From contig JAWVZN010000002.1 of the NCBI GenBank assembly GCA_033722155.1, positions 17,503-81,502 of the forward strand: a DNA stretch of 64,000 nt, given 5' to 3'. Shown here piece after piece: positions 40,956 to 49,779 of the stretch; the stretch's first letter is position 1; each line of letters starts with the position of its first letter. Source of the DNA: Gemmatimonadota bacterium. GTDB lineage: Bacteria; Gemmatimonadota; Gemmatimonadetes; JACCXV01; JAHWKZ01. The translations under genes were made by a program, and so were the position numbers. Under the pieces are notes generated by a model, which made no database searches, was not told where the DNA came from, and saw only the letters and a program-made list of their open reading frames with translations.

Positions 40956-41608
40956 CGTGACGGCCCCGGCTTCCGGGCGACCTCGCGGGCGGCCCGCACG
41001 AAGGCGCGGATCTTCGCCGGGTCCTTCCTGCCGGGAGCGTCCTCGAGACGGCTGGACGCGTCGACCCCGTCGGGCGCTACGACCTCGATCGCGCGGCGCA
41101 CGTTCCCCGGCCCCAGCCCGCCCGCCAGGACGAGCGGTACCGTTCGCCGTGCCGGGGGCCACCGCGTGGCCAGTCGCTCCCACGGCAGGGTGTCCCCGGT
41201 GCCCCCCCGACCTGCCTCGCCGGCGTCGAGAAGGACGGCGTCGGCCGCCGACTCCCACGGCTCCAGCCGGGCGGAGCCGCCGCTCCAGGGGACGGCCTTC
41301 CACACCGGCCGGCCGGTGGCGCGCCGCGCCTCCCGGCACAGCTCGGGGCTCTCGGCGCCGTGGAGCTGGAGCGCCGCCAGATCGAGGTCGGCGGCGAGGC
41401 GCTCGAGCTCGGCGATCCGCGGGTCCACGAACACCCCCACCCACGACGCCTCCACGTCGCCGACCAGGCGCGCGGCCTGCCCGGGCGTGACCCGACGGAC
41501 CGACGGGGCGAAGACGAGCCCCAGGTAATCGGCTCCCGCCTCGACTGCGGCTCGCGCGGACGCGGGATCGGAGATCCCGCACACCTTCACGCGAAGCTCC
41601 CCCGTCAC
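40952..41608 (-). CDS. trpF: Phosphoribosylanthranilate isomerase
   Basis: C-terminal part of ORF 40952..42505. [33 protein letters not shown]…. GTG start overlaps the trpC TGA (GTGA). Confidence 0.85.
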   Translation of the reverse strand: MTGELRVKVCGISDPASARAAVEAGADYLGLVFAPSVRRVTPGQAARLVGDVEASWVGVFVDPRIAELERLAADLDLAALQLHGAESPELCREARRATGRPVWKAVPWSGGSARLEPWESAADAVLLDAGEAGRGGTGDTLPWERLATRWPPARRTVPLVLAGGLGPGNVRRAIEVVAPDGVDASSRLEDAPGRKDPAKIRAFVRAAREVARKPGPSR

Positions 41609-42432
41609 GGGCCCGAGCCCCCCGCTTCCACCAGGGCGGCCAGAGCCGCCCCGGGCCGGGGGGATCGCATCAGGTGCTCCCCCACGAGCACGGCGTCCGC
41701 ACCGGCGTCGCGCGCCCGAGCGACGTCCTCCGGCCCGCTCACGCCGCTCTCCGCGACGAGGATGACCGAGTCCCCGAGTCGCTCCCGCAACCCGGCCACC
41801 GTGGCCAGGCCTCGGGGAAGGGACACCTCCAGGCTCCGCAGGTCGCGGGCGTTCACCCCGATCACCTCGGGATCGATCGCCGTCGCCCGATCGGCCTCCT
41901 CCTCCGCGTGGATCTCCACCAGCAGGCCCAGACCGGCCTCCTCCGCCGCGGCGGCGATCGCCTCGAGGGCTGCATCGTCGACCGCGGCCACGATCAGGAG
42001 CGCGGCGTCGGCCCCGGCGGCGCGGCTCTCCCACACCTGCCACGGATCCACGAGGAAGTCCTTTCGAAGGACCGGCACCGCGGCCGCCGGCGCGACCGCC
42101 TCCAGGTCCGCCAGCGCCCCGTCGAACGCGGCGTCCGTGAGGACGCTGACGGCGGCGGCTCCCCGCTCGGAGTAGAGGCGGGCCCGGGCGGCGACGTCCA
42201 CTTCCACGGCCAGGTCGCCCGCCGACGGGCTTCGCCGCTTGATCTCGGCGATGACCGCGGTGCCCGGCCCGCGCAGCGCTTCCGCCCACGGTCGCGCCGG
42301 CGAGCGCTCGGCCGCCTCCCCCCGGAGCTCGGCCACGGAACGGGCCCCTCTCTCCCGCCTCACCGCGGTACGCTTCCGGCGCACCGCCTCGGCGAGAAAC
42401 CGGGATTTGACTTTCGGCGTATCTTCGGTCAT
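41605..42432 (-). CDS. trpC: Indole-3-glycerol phosphate synthase
   Basis: ORF 41605..42486 trimmed to the ATG at 42430-42432: [21 protein letters not shown]…[15 protein letters not shown]…. Confidence 0.85.
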   Translation of the reverse strand: MTEDTPKVKSRFLAEAVRRKRTAVRRERGARSVAELRGEAAERSPARPWAEALRGPGTAVIAEIKRRSPSAGDLAVEVDVAARARLYSERGAAAVSVLTDAAFDGALADLEAVAPAAAVPVLRKDFLVDPWQVWESRAAGADAALLIVAAVDDAALEAIAAAAEEAGLGLLVEIHAEEEADRATAIDPEVIGVNARDLRSLEVSLPRGLATVAGLRERLGDSVILVAESGVSGPEDVARARDAGADAVLVGEHLMRSPRPGAALAALVEAGGSGP

Positions 42433-42504
42433 CTTGGCGTTCGTTGGAGGCCGGTGTGCGCGTCGGCCCGAGCGGTGGAGTCGCATCCAGACATGGGCGG
42501 GACA

Positions 42505-43110
42505 ATGAATCTAACCAAGCGCCAGCGTGAAATCTACGACTACATCAAGTCCTTCCTCGAGGAGCGGGGATATGCGCCCAGCCTGGAGGAGATCGGGGCT
42601 CACTTCGGCCTCTCCTCGGTCGCCACGGTGCACGAGCACCTGGCGAACCTGGAGGCGAAGGGCGTGCTGCGGCGCGATCCGAACCGCAGCCGGGCCGTCG
42701 AGCTCACCCGTCCGGGCCTCACCGACGCGGTCGAGCTGCCGCTGCTCGGGCGAGTCGCCGCCGGCGAGCCGCTCGAAGCGATCGCCGACAACGAGACGAT
42801 CGCGGTGCCCGAGGAGATGCTCGGCCGCGGCGAGACCTTCGCCCTCCGGGTGAGCGGGGACTCGATGATCGACGAGCACGTGGCCGACGGAGACTATCTC
42901 ATCGTGGAGCGGCGGGAGACGGCCCGGGACGGCGAGCGCGTGATCGCCCTGATCGACGGAGAGCGGGCGACCTTCAAGACCTTCCGCACCGAGGGCGACG
43001 GCCGGATCCGGCTGCAGCCCGCCAACGACCGGCACGCGCCGCAGGTGTACGAGGCGGACCGGGTGCGGGTCCAGGGCGTCGCGATCGGGGTGCTGCGGAA
43101 GTACCGCTGA
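42505..43110 (+). CDS. lexA: LexA repressor (S24 peptidase)
   Basis: C-terminal part of + ORF 41674..43110: MNLTKRQREIYDYIKSFLEERGYAPSLEEIG… (wHTH) and …LRVSGDSMID… (catalytic Ser). An alternative ATG lies at 42493. Confidence 0.9.
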   Translation: MNLTKRQREIYDYIKSFLEERGYAPSLEEIGAHFGLSSVATVHEHLANLEAKGVLRRDPNRSRAVELTRPGLTDAVELPLLGRVAAGEPLEAIADNETIAVPEEMLGRGETFALRVSGDSMIDEHVADGDYLIVERRETARDGERVIALIDGERATFKTFRTEGDGRIRLQPANDRHAPQVYEADRVRVQGVAIGVLRKYR

Positions 43111-43136
43111 CAGGCCGAGACGTTTTCGACAACCCG

Positions 43137-44198
43137 CTAGGACGCCTCCCGCGAGAGTTGCCGGGAAAGGTCCACGAGCGCCTTCAGGGTCTCCACGGCC
43201 GCCCCCGACGCGATCGTCTCCCGGGCTCTCTCCACCCCTTCGCGAAGGCCGTCCGCCACTCCGGCCACGAACAGGGCGGCGCCCGCATTGGCGGCGGTGA
43301 TCGCCTCCTGTGCCGCGGTCCCCTTCCCCGCCAGCACCGACGCCAGGATCCGCGCGTTCTCCGCCGGATCGCCTCCGGCGAGCTGCTCGGGATCGTGTGG
43401 CTCGATGCCCAGGTCGCCCGGCTCCACCACGTCGGTCGTCACCGCGTCCTGCCGCACGCTCGCCACGATGGTGGGGCCGGAAACCGAGATCTCGTCGAGC
43501 CCCTCGCGGCCGTGCACCACCAGCGCGTGCTCGCTTCCGAGCTCGTGGAGGACGCCGGCCATCAGCTCCACCACGTCGGGCCCCGGGACCCCGATCACCT
43601 GCCGGGTGGCGCCGGCGGGATTGGTGAGGGGGCCCAGCAGGTTGAACACCGTCCGGATCGCGATCTCGCGCCGGGCCCCGATCGCGTGACGCATCGCGGG
43701 GTGGAACCGGGGCGCGAAGAGGAAGCCGATCCCGATCTCGTCGATGCAGCGCCCCACCCCCTCGGGCGGCAGGTCGATGGCGACCCCCAGCGACTCGAGC
43801 ACGTCGGCCGAGCCCGAGCGGGAGGAGGCCGCCCGGTTGCCGTGCTTGGCGACGGCGACCCCGGCCGCTGCGGTGACGAAGGCGGCCGTCGTGGAGATGT
43901 TGAAGGTGCCGGAGAAGTCGCCACCGGTCCCGCAGGTGTCGACCAGGGGGGCGCGCTCGGTCTCGACTCTCTGTGCGCGGGAGCGCATGACACGGGCGGC
44001 CCCGGCGATCTCCCCGGGGGTCTCCCCCTTCGTGCGGAGCGCCGCCAAAAGCGCCGCGATCATGATCGCGGTCGTCTCCCCGTCCATGACGGTGGCGAAC
44101 AACGCCTCCGACTCCGCGGCGGTGAGATCGCGCCCCTCCGTCAGCGTGCGAAGGCACGTCCGGGGATCGCCCTCCGCCCGCCGGGCGGCCGGGCTCAC
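43137..44198 (-). CDS. trpD: Anthranilate phosphoribosyltransferase
   Basis: In ORF 43137..45950. VSPAARRAEGDPRTCLRTL…DTCGTGGDFSGTFNISTTAAFV…. GTG start overlaps the transporter TGA (GTGA). Confidence 0.9.
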   Translation of the reverse strand: MSPAARRAEGDPRTCLRTLTEGRDLTAAESEALFATVMDGETTAIMIAALLAALRTKGETPGEIAGAARVMRSRAQRVETERAPLVDTCGTGGDFSGTFNISTTAAFVTAAAGVAVAKHGNRAASSRSGSADVLESLGVAIDLPPEGVGRCIDEIGIGFLFAPRFHPAMRHAIGARREIAIRTVFNLLGPLTNPAGATRQVIGVPGPDVVELMAGVLHELGSEHALVVHGREGLDEISVSGPTIVASVRQDAVTTDVVEPGDLGIEPHDPEQLAGGDPAENARILASVLAGKGTAAQEAITAANAGAALFVAGVADGLREGVERARETIASGAAVETLKALVDLSRQLSREAS

Positions 44199-45487
44199 TC
44201 CTTCGCTTCGCTCGTCCAAACCGGCTCTTCCCCCCCGGCGACGATCGGGGGGTGCGCGGCGAGCTCTCCCTCGGTGGCCGCCACCACGACGGCGCAGGAG
44301 GAGTCGCCGGTGATGTTCAAGGCGGTGCGGCACATGTCGAGGATTCGATCCACGCCGAGGATCAGGGCGATCCCCTCGAGGGGGATGCCGACGGTCTTGA
44401 GGACCAGCGCCAGGGTGATCATGCCGACCCCGGGAACGCCCGCCGCGCCGATCGAGGCGAGAGTGGCGGTGAGCACCACCATCAGCTGCTGCTCGATCCC
44501 GAGCTGGAGGCCGTACACCTGGGCGATGAATATCGTGGCCACGCCCTGGTACAGGGCGGTGCCGTCCATGTTGATCGTCGCCCCGAGCGGGAGCACGAAC
44601 GCGCTCACCTCCTCGCTCACCCCCAGGTTCTCCTCGCACGACTCCATCGTCACCGGGAGCGTGGCGTTCGACGACGAGGTGCTGAAGGCCACGAGCTGCG
44701 CGGGCGCGATCCCTTTGAAGAACGGAACCGGGCTCATTCCGCTGAACAGCTTCACCGCAGCCGGGTAGACGAGGACGCCGTGCACGACGAGGCCCACGAT
44801 CACCACCACCGAGTAGACGACCAGCGTCTTCAGGATCCCCAGGCCGTACTCCCCGATGATCGCCGCGATCAGCGCGAAGACGCCGTACGGGGCGAGCTTC
44901 ATCACCAGGTGGACGAGCTCGATCATGGCGTCGTTGACGGTGTCCATGAAGGAGATCACCGGCTCGGCCTTGGAGCGCTCCAGGTAGGTGAGGGCGATGC
45001 CGAAGACGAGGGCGAAGAAGATCACCTGGAGCATCGTGGCCTCGGCGAGCGCCTCGATCGGGTTCGTGGGGATGATCTCGAGCAGGGTGTCGACCATCGA
45101 GGGCGCCTCTGTGGCCTGCTGGACGTTCACCTCCGCGGCCCCCGCGAAATCCTCGAGGAGCCGATCCTTCACGTCGCCGGCCAGCCGCGCGCCGGGCTTC
45201 ACCAGGTTCGCCAGGGTGAGCCCGATCGTGATGGCGATCGAGGTGGTGACCAGGTAGTACGTCACGGTCTTGAGCCCGATCCGGCCGAGCTTGACCAGGT
45301 CTCCCAGGCTCGCCACCCCCACCAGGATGGAGGCGAAGACGAGGGGCACGACGATCATCGTGATGAGCCGGATGAACGCGTCCCCGATCGGCTTGATGAC
45401 GGCGATCCCGGGCCCGACGAGCAGTCCGGCCACCGCGCCGAGGACGAGTCCGAGCAGGATCTGGGTGTGGAGGGGGATCCGCTTCAC
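44195..45487 (-). CDS. Dicarboxylate/amino acid:cation symporter (DAACS family, GltP/DctA/SstT-like)
   Basis: 430-aa ORF with a GTG start: MKRIPLHTQILLGLVLGAVAG…GTALYQGVATIFIAQ…; it has multiple TM segments. Confidence 0.85.
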   Translation of the reverse strand: MKRIPLHTQILLGLVLGAVAGLLVGPGIAVIKPIGDAFIRLITMIVVPLVFASILVGVASLGDLVKLGRIGLKTVTYYLVTTSIAITIGLTLANLVKPGARLAGDVKDRLLEDFAGAAEVNVQQATEAPSMVDTLLEIIPTNPIEALAEATMLQVIFFALVFGIALTYLERSKAEPVISFMDTVNDAMIELVHLVMKLAPYGVFALIAAIIGEYGLGILKTLVVYSVVVIVGLVVHGVLVYPAAVKLFSGMSPVPFFKGIAPAQLVAFSTSSSNATLPVTMESCEENLGVSEEVSAFVLPLGATINMDGTALYQGVATIFIAQVYGLQLGIEQQLMVVLTATLASIGAAGVPGVGMITLALVLKTVGIPLEGIALILGVDRILDMCRTALNITGDSSCAVVVAATEGELAAHPPIVAGGEEPVWTSEAKE

Positions 45488-45624
45488 GGGCGGCGAACGT
45501 AGCCGGGCGGTGTCGAGCGGGCAACCGCGATTCCCCCGCCGGAGGGACCTCCGAGAGGCATTGCCCGGCCCCCGCGGAAGACGATATCTTTCCGGGAACG
45601 TCGACCCCTCGATCCTTCCAGCCG

Positions 45625-46392
45625 GTGAATCGAATCAAGGCCGTTCTCGAGTACGACGGAACCGCGTATCGCGGGTGGCAGCGCCAGCCGGACGCCACCA
45701 CCGTGCAGGGAACCTGCGAGCGCGCGATCGCGAAGGTCGTGGGAGACCCCGTCGACGTGGTCGCCTCCGGCCGTACGGACTCCGGGGTCCACGCCCGGGG
45801 GCAGACGGTCCACGTGGACGTGGACGCCGGGATCGATCCACCCGACCTGCGGCGAGCCTGGAACGCGTACCTCCCCGACGACGTGTGGGTGCGGGAGCTC
45901 GCTCCCGCCCCGAGCGGCTTCCACGCCCGCCACGACGCACGCGCCCGCACCTACCGCTACTACGTGGCCCACGGGCCACGGGCCCGCTCCCCGTTCGTCT
46001 CCCGCTATCACTGGTCGCTGGATCGTCCGGTCGACTGGGACCGGATCGAGCGCGCCACCGGCCGGCTGACGGGAACCCACGACTTCCGGCGCTTCGCGAA
46101 GGGTTCGAAGCGCGCGAGACGTCGCGCCGGCCGCCCGCCGGGCCGCTGCACGGTGGCCGGGGCCGCCTGGCGTTCCGTTCCGGCCGGACGGATGCTGGAG
46201 ATCACCGCGGACCGGTACCTTCGCCACATGGTTCGCGCCCTGGTCGGAACCCTGATCGACATCGGCCGGGACCGGGTGACGATCGCCGAGCTGGAGCGGG
46301 CGCTCGAGCCCGGCGGCGAGCGGCCGAGTGCGGGCTACGCGCCACCCCGGGGCCTGTTCCTGTGGCGGGTGGAGTACGCGGATGACGCGTAG
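45625..46392 (+). CDS. truA: tRNA pseudouridine(38-40) synthase
   Basis: 255-aa ORF (GTG start): MNRIKAVLEYDGTAYRGWQRQP…SGRTDSGVHARGQ…. Confidence 0.9.
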   Translation: MNRIKAVLEYDGTAYRGWQRQPDATTVQGTCERAIAKVVGDPVDVVASGRTDSGVHARGQTVHVDVDAGIDPPDLRRAWNAYLPDDVWVRELAPAPSGFHARHDARARTYRYYVAHGPRARSPFVSRYHWSLDRPVDWDRIERATGRLTGTHDFRRFAKGSKRARRRAGRPPGRCTVAGAAWRSVPAGRMLEITADRYLRHMVRALVGTLIDIGRDRVTIAELERALEPGGERPSAGYAPPRGLFLWRVEYADDA

Positions 46393-47851
46393 GGGGGAGC
46401 TCCTCGTCACCGCCGTCCTCGTGGCAGCGGTGGCCGCGGGCGCGGGGTGGTGGCTCGGCGCCGACGACGGGGGCGGCCTCGAGCGGGCCCTCAGCGAGAG
46501 CGCCCATGCCCAGACGCCGGAGGGCCTCGACGCCTCCCGCCGCAACGCCATCGTCGCCGCCGCCGACCGGGTCGGACCGGCGGTGGTGTCGGTCAGCGTG
46601 GTCTCCACCCAGGTGGTGCGCGACCGATCGCCGTTCGAGGACCCCTTCTTCCGGGGGTTCGAATTCCTCTTCCCTCCCCGCGAGCGGCTCCGCCGGGTGC
46701 AGGGGCTCGGCTCCGGCTTCGTGGTCTCGCACGACGGCTACGTGGTGACGAACCAGCACGTCGTGGCCGGGGCGACCCGGATCGTGGTGACCCTGCTCGA
46801 CGGGCGGCAGTTTTCCGCCGAGCTCGTCTCCGAGGACCCGGCCACCGATCTCGCGGTCCTGAAGATCGACGCGGAGGACCTCCCGGTGGCGCCGCTCGGC
46901 GATTCCGGGGATCTGCTGATCGGAGAGTGGGCGATCGCGATCGGGAACCCGTTCGGCTACCTCCTCGCCGACCGTCGCCCCTCGGTCACCGTGGGGGTGA
47001 TCAGCGCGATCGGCCGGGACGTCCGACCGCAGGGAGGGGCGGGCCGCGGGCAGGTGTGGTCCAACATGATACAGACCGACGCCGCGATCAATCCCGGCAA
47101 CTCGGGCGGCCCCCTGGTGAACGCGCACGGAGAGGTGGTCGGGGTGAACGCGTTCATCTTCTCCGGGGATGGCGGCGGCTCGATCGGACTTGGCTTCGCG
47201 ATCCCGATCGATCGGGTGAGGCGGGTGCTCTCCGACGTGGTGGCGTTCGGCGAGATTCGCCGCCCGTGGACCGGCGTCCATCTGGTGGCCCCTCCGGCGG
47301 AGGAGGGCCGGGCGCCGCGCGGGGCCCGCGTAGTGAAGGTGGACCCGGGCAGCCCCGCCGACCGCGCCGGGATCCGGCCCGGGGACCGGATCGTCGCGAC
47401 CGACGGCCGTCCCCTCGACTCCCCGATCGAATGGGAGGGGCGGTTGCTGGATCTCCCGAGCGAGGAGTCGCTCACGGTCGAGATCGAGCGGGATCCGCGC
47501 GGAGCCGAGGAGGCGATCCGCTTCGAGGTGGAGGTTCGTCCCGAGGACGATCCGGTTCGGCGCGCCCCCAGGGCGTCGGTCCTGGGCGCCACCTTCCTCG
47601 TCCTCGACGCCACCATCGCCTCGCGGCTGGACGTCGAGAGCGAGCGCGGGCTCTACCTGCTCGATCTGCACTCCCGCTCCCCGCTCCACAGGCTCGACCT
47701 CCGGGAGGGCGACGTATTGATCGCGGTCGATTCGCACCGGCTCGAGGACACCGGCGACGCCGATCGCCTCGAGGAGCTGCTCCGTTCCGGCCGACGCGGC
47801 TCCGTGCTTCTCGAGCGCGACGGCCGGGAGGGACGGATCACCGTATTTTGA
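46382..47851 (+). CDS. HtrA/DegP-family periplasmic serine endoprotease (trypsin-like domain plus PDZ domains)
   Basis: ORF 46328..47851 trimmed to the ATG at 46382: MTRRGELLVTAVLVAAVAAG… (signal/TM), …TNQHVV… (His), …GNSGGPLVN… (Ser), then PDZ-like regions. Confidence 0.85.
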   Translation: MTRRGELLVTAVLVAAVAAGAGWWLGADDGGGLERALSESAHAQTPEGLDASRRNAIVAAADRVGPAVVSVSVVSTQVVRDRSPFEDPFFRGFEFLFPPRERLRRVQGLGSGFVVSHDGYVVTNQHVVAGATRIVVTLLDGRQFSAELVSEDPATDLAVLKIDAEDLPVAPLGDSGDLLIGEWAIAIGNPFGYLLADRRPSVTVGVISAIGRDVRPQGGAGRGQVWSNMIQTDAAINPGNSGGPLVNAHGEVVGVNAFIFSGDGGGSIGLGFAIPIDRVRRVLSDVVAFGEIRRPWTGVHLVAPPAEEGRAPRGARVVKVDPGSPADRAGIRPGDRIVATDGRPLDSPIEWEGRLLDLPSEESLTVEIERDPRGAEEAIRFEVEVRPEDDPVRRAPRASVLGATFLVLDATIASRLDVESERGLYLLDLHSRSPLHRLDLREGDVLIAVDSHRLEDTGDADRLEELLRSGRRGSVLLERDGREGRITVF

Positions 47852-47873
47852 CCCCCGACGAGAGGAGCCTCGC

Positions 47874-48821
47874 ATGAGGGCGCAGGCCCCCGCGGCCCGA
47901 ACCGCCGTCGACCTGCCGCTGGAGCTCGTGCACAGCGGGAAGGTCCGGGAGATGTACCGGATCGGCGACGACGTGCTGATGGTCGCCACCGACCGCCTCT
48001 CCGCCTTCGACATCGTCTTCGACCAGGGGATCCCCGACAAGGGCCGGGTCCTCACCGGGCTCACCGATTTCTGGCTCGACCGCCTCGAGGCCGCGGTTCC
48101 CCACCACCGGATCACCACCGACCTCGACGCCATCGTCGCCGACGTCCCCGGTTTGGAGGACCACGCGGACGCGCTCGAGGGGCGCGTGATGCGGTGCCTG
48201 CGGGCCGAGCCGGTCCGGGTGGAGTGCGTGGTCCGGGGATATCTCGACGGCTCCGGGTGGCGAGAGTACCGGGAGAGCGGCGCGGTGACCGGAATCCCCC
48301 TTTCCGAGGGTCTCGAGCGCGGTGCCGAGCTCCCCGAGCCGATCTTCACGCCCGCCACCAAGGCGGAGGAGGGCCACGACGAGAACATCCCCTTCGACCG
48401 CCTCGTCGAGGCGGTCGGAGGGGACCTCGCCGAGGTTCTCCGCGACCGCTCCCTCGCGCTCTACCGCGAGGCTCGCGACCACGCCGCCGCGAACGGCCTG
48501 ATCCTGGCCGACACGAAGTTCGAGTTCGGCTGGCACGCCGCCCCGGAGAGCGGCGAGCGGCCGCTGCTGCTGATCGACGAGGCGCTCACGCCCGACTCGT
48601 CCCGCTTCTGGGACGCGGAGCGGTGGAGCCCCGGCGGACCGCAGCCGTCGTTCGACAAGCAGCCGGTGCGGGATTTCCTCGAGGCGGAGCGGCGGGCCGG
48701 ACGCTGGGACGGCGAGCCGCCCCTCCCGGACCTCCCCGGGGAGGCGGTGGCGGCGACCCGGGAGCGGTACCGCGAAGCGTATCGGCGGCTGACGGGCTCG
48801 CCCCTGGAGGGGACGGCTTGA
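47874..48821 (+). CDS. purC: Phosphoribosylaminoimidazole-succinocarboxamide synthase (SAICAR synthetase)
   Basis: 315-aa ORF: …LVHSGKVREMYRIGDDVLMVATDRLSAFD…. Confidence 0.9.
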   Translation: MRAQAPAARTAVDLPLELVHSGKVREMYRIGDDVLMVATDRLSAFDIVFDQGIPDKGRVLTGLTDFWLDRLEAAVPHHRITTDLDAIVADVPGLEDHADALEGRVMRCLRAEPVRVECVVRGYLDGSGWREYRESGAVTGIPLSEGLERGAELPEPIFTPATKAEEGHDENIPFDRLVEAVGGDLAEVLRDRSLALYREARDHAAANGLILADTKFEFGWHAAPESGERPLLLIDEALTPDSSRFWDAERWSPGGPQPSFDKQPVRDFLEAERRAGRWDGEPPLPDLPGEAVAATRERYREAYRRLTGSPLEGTA

Positions 48822-49084
48822 GGGCGCGGGTCGAGGTCTTCGTCCAGCTCAAGCCCGGGATGCTCGATCCCCAGGGCGAGACCCTCGAGCACGCGCTCGA
48901 GGCGATGGGATACGAAAGCGTGGAGGGGATGCGGGTGGGCAAGTGGATCACCTTCGACCTCGAGGGAGGCGACCGGGCCGAGATCGAGGCCCGGGTCGAC
49001 GAGATGTGCCGCCGCCTGCTGGCAAACCCGGTGATCGAGCGGTACCGCTTCGAGGTGTCCGCCGACGGAGAGGGGGCGTCGTGA
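48818..49084 (+). CDS. purS: Phosphoribosylformylglycinamidine synthase subunit PurS
   Basis: C-terminal part of + ORF 48194..49084: (TTG)[31 protein letters not shown]…. The TTG start overlaps the purC TGA (TTGA). The protein is about 88 aa. Confidence 0.75.
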   Translation: MRARVEVFVQLKPGMLDPQGETLEHALEAMGYESVEGMRVGKWITFDLEGGDRAEIEARVDEMCRRLLANPVIERYRFEVSADGEGAS

Positions 49085-49779
49085 GCGGGGGTTCGATCGG
49101 GGTGGTCCGCTTCCCGGGCACCAACTGCGACGTGGACGTGTGGGAGGCGATCGCCGGCGTGGAGGGCGCCCGCCCGGTGTGGCTGTGGCACAAGGAGCCG
49201 GACTTGAAGGGCGTCGGCGCGGTGGTTCTCGCCGGTGGCTTCTCCTACGGGGACTACCTGCGCGCCGGCGCGATCGCCCGCTTCAGTCCGATCATGGAGG
49301 AGGTGATCGCCTTCGCGGAGGCGGGGGGTCCGGTTCTCGGGATCTGCAACGGCTTCCAGATCCTCACCGAGGCGGGACTGCTGCCGGGCGCCCTGACGCG
49401 GAACGAGGCCCTCGCGTTCGTGTGCCATCCGCAATGGCTGCGGGTGGAGTCGGCGGACACGCCGTTCACCCGCACCTACGAGGATGGAGCGCTGGTTTCC
49501 TTTCCCGTCGCCCACGCCGAGGGGAACTACGTGGCCGACGAGGGAACGCTGGATCGACTCGAGAGCGAGGGGCGGGTGGTGTTCCGCTACGTCGACGAGA
49601 TGGGGGCGACCACCGGGGCGGCGAACCCCAACGGATCGGCCCGCGGCATCGCCGGGATCGCGAACGAGAGGGGAAACGTGGTGGGGCTCATGCCCCATCC
49701 CGACCGCGCCGTCGAGCGGATGATCGGATCGACCGACGGGCGCGGGGTGTTCGAGGCGCTGGCGGAGGCCGCGGCGTGA
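49081..49779 (+). CDS. purQ: Phosphoribosylformylglycinamidine synthase glutaminase subunit
   Basis: Part of ORF 48943..49779. (GTG)[23 protein letters not shown]…GICNGFQIL…. GTG start at 49081 overlaps the purS TGA (GTGA). Confidence 0.9.
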   Translation: MSGGSIGVVRFPGTNCDVDVWEAIAGVEGARPVWLWHKEPDLKGVGAVVLAGGFSYGDYLRAGAIARFSPIMEEVIAFAEAGGPVLGICNGFQILTEAGLLPGALTRNEALAFVCHPQWLRVESADTPFTRTYEDGALVSFPVAHAEGNYVADEGTLDRLESEGRVVFRYVDEMGATTGAANPNGSARGIAGIANERGNVVGLMPHPDRAVERMIGSTDGRGVFEALAEAAA

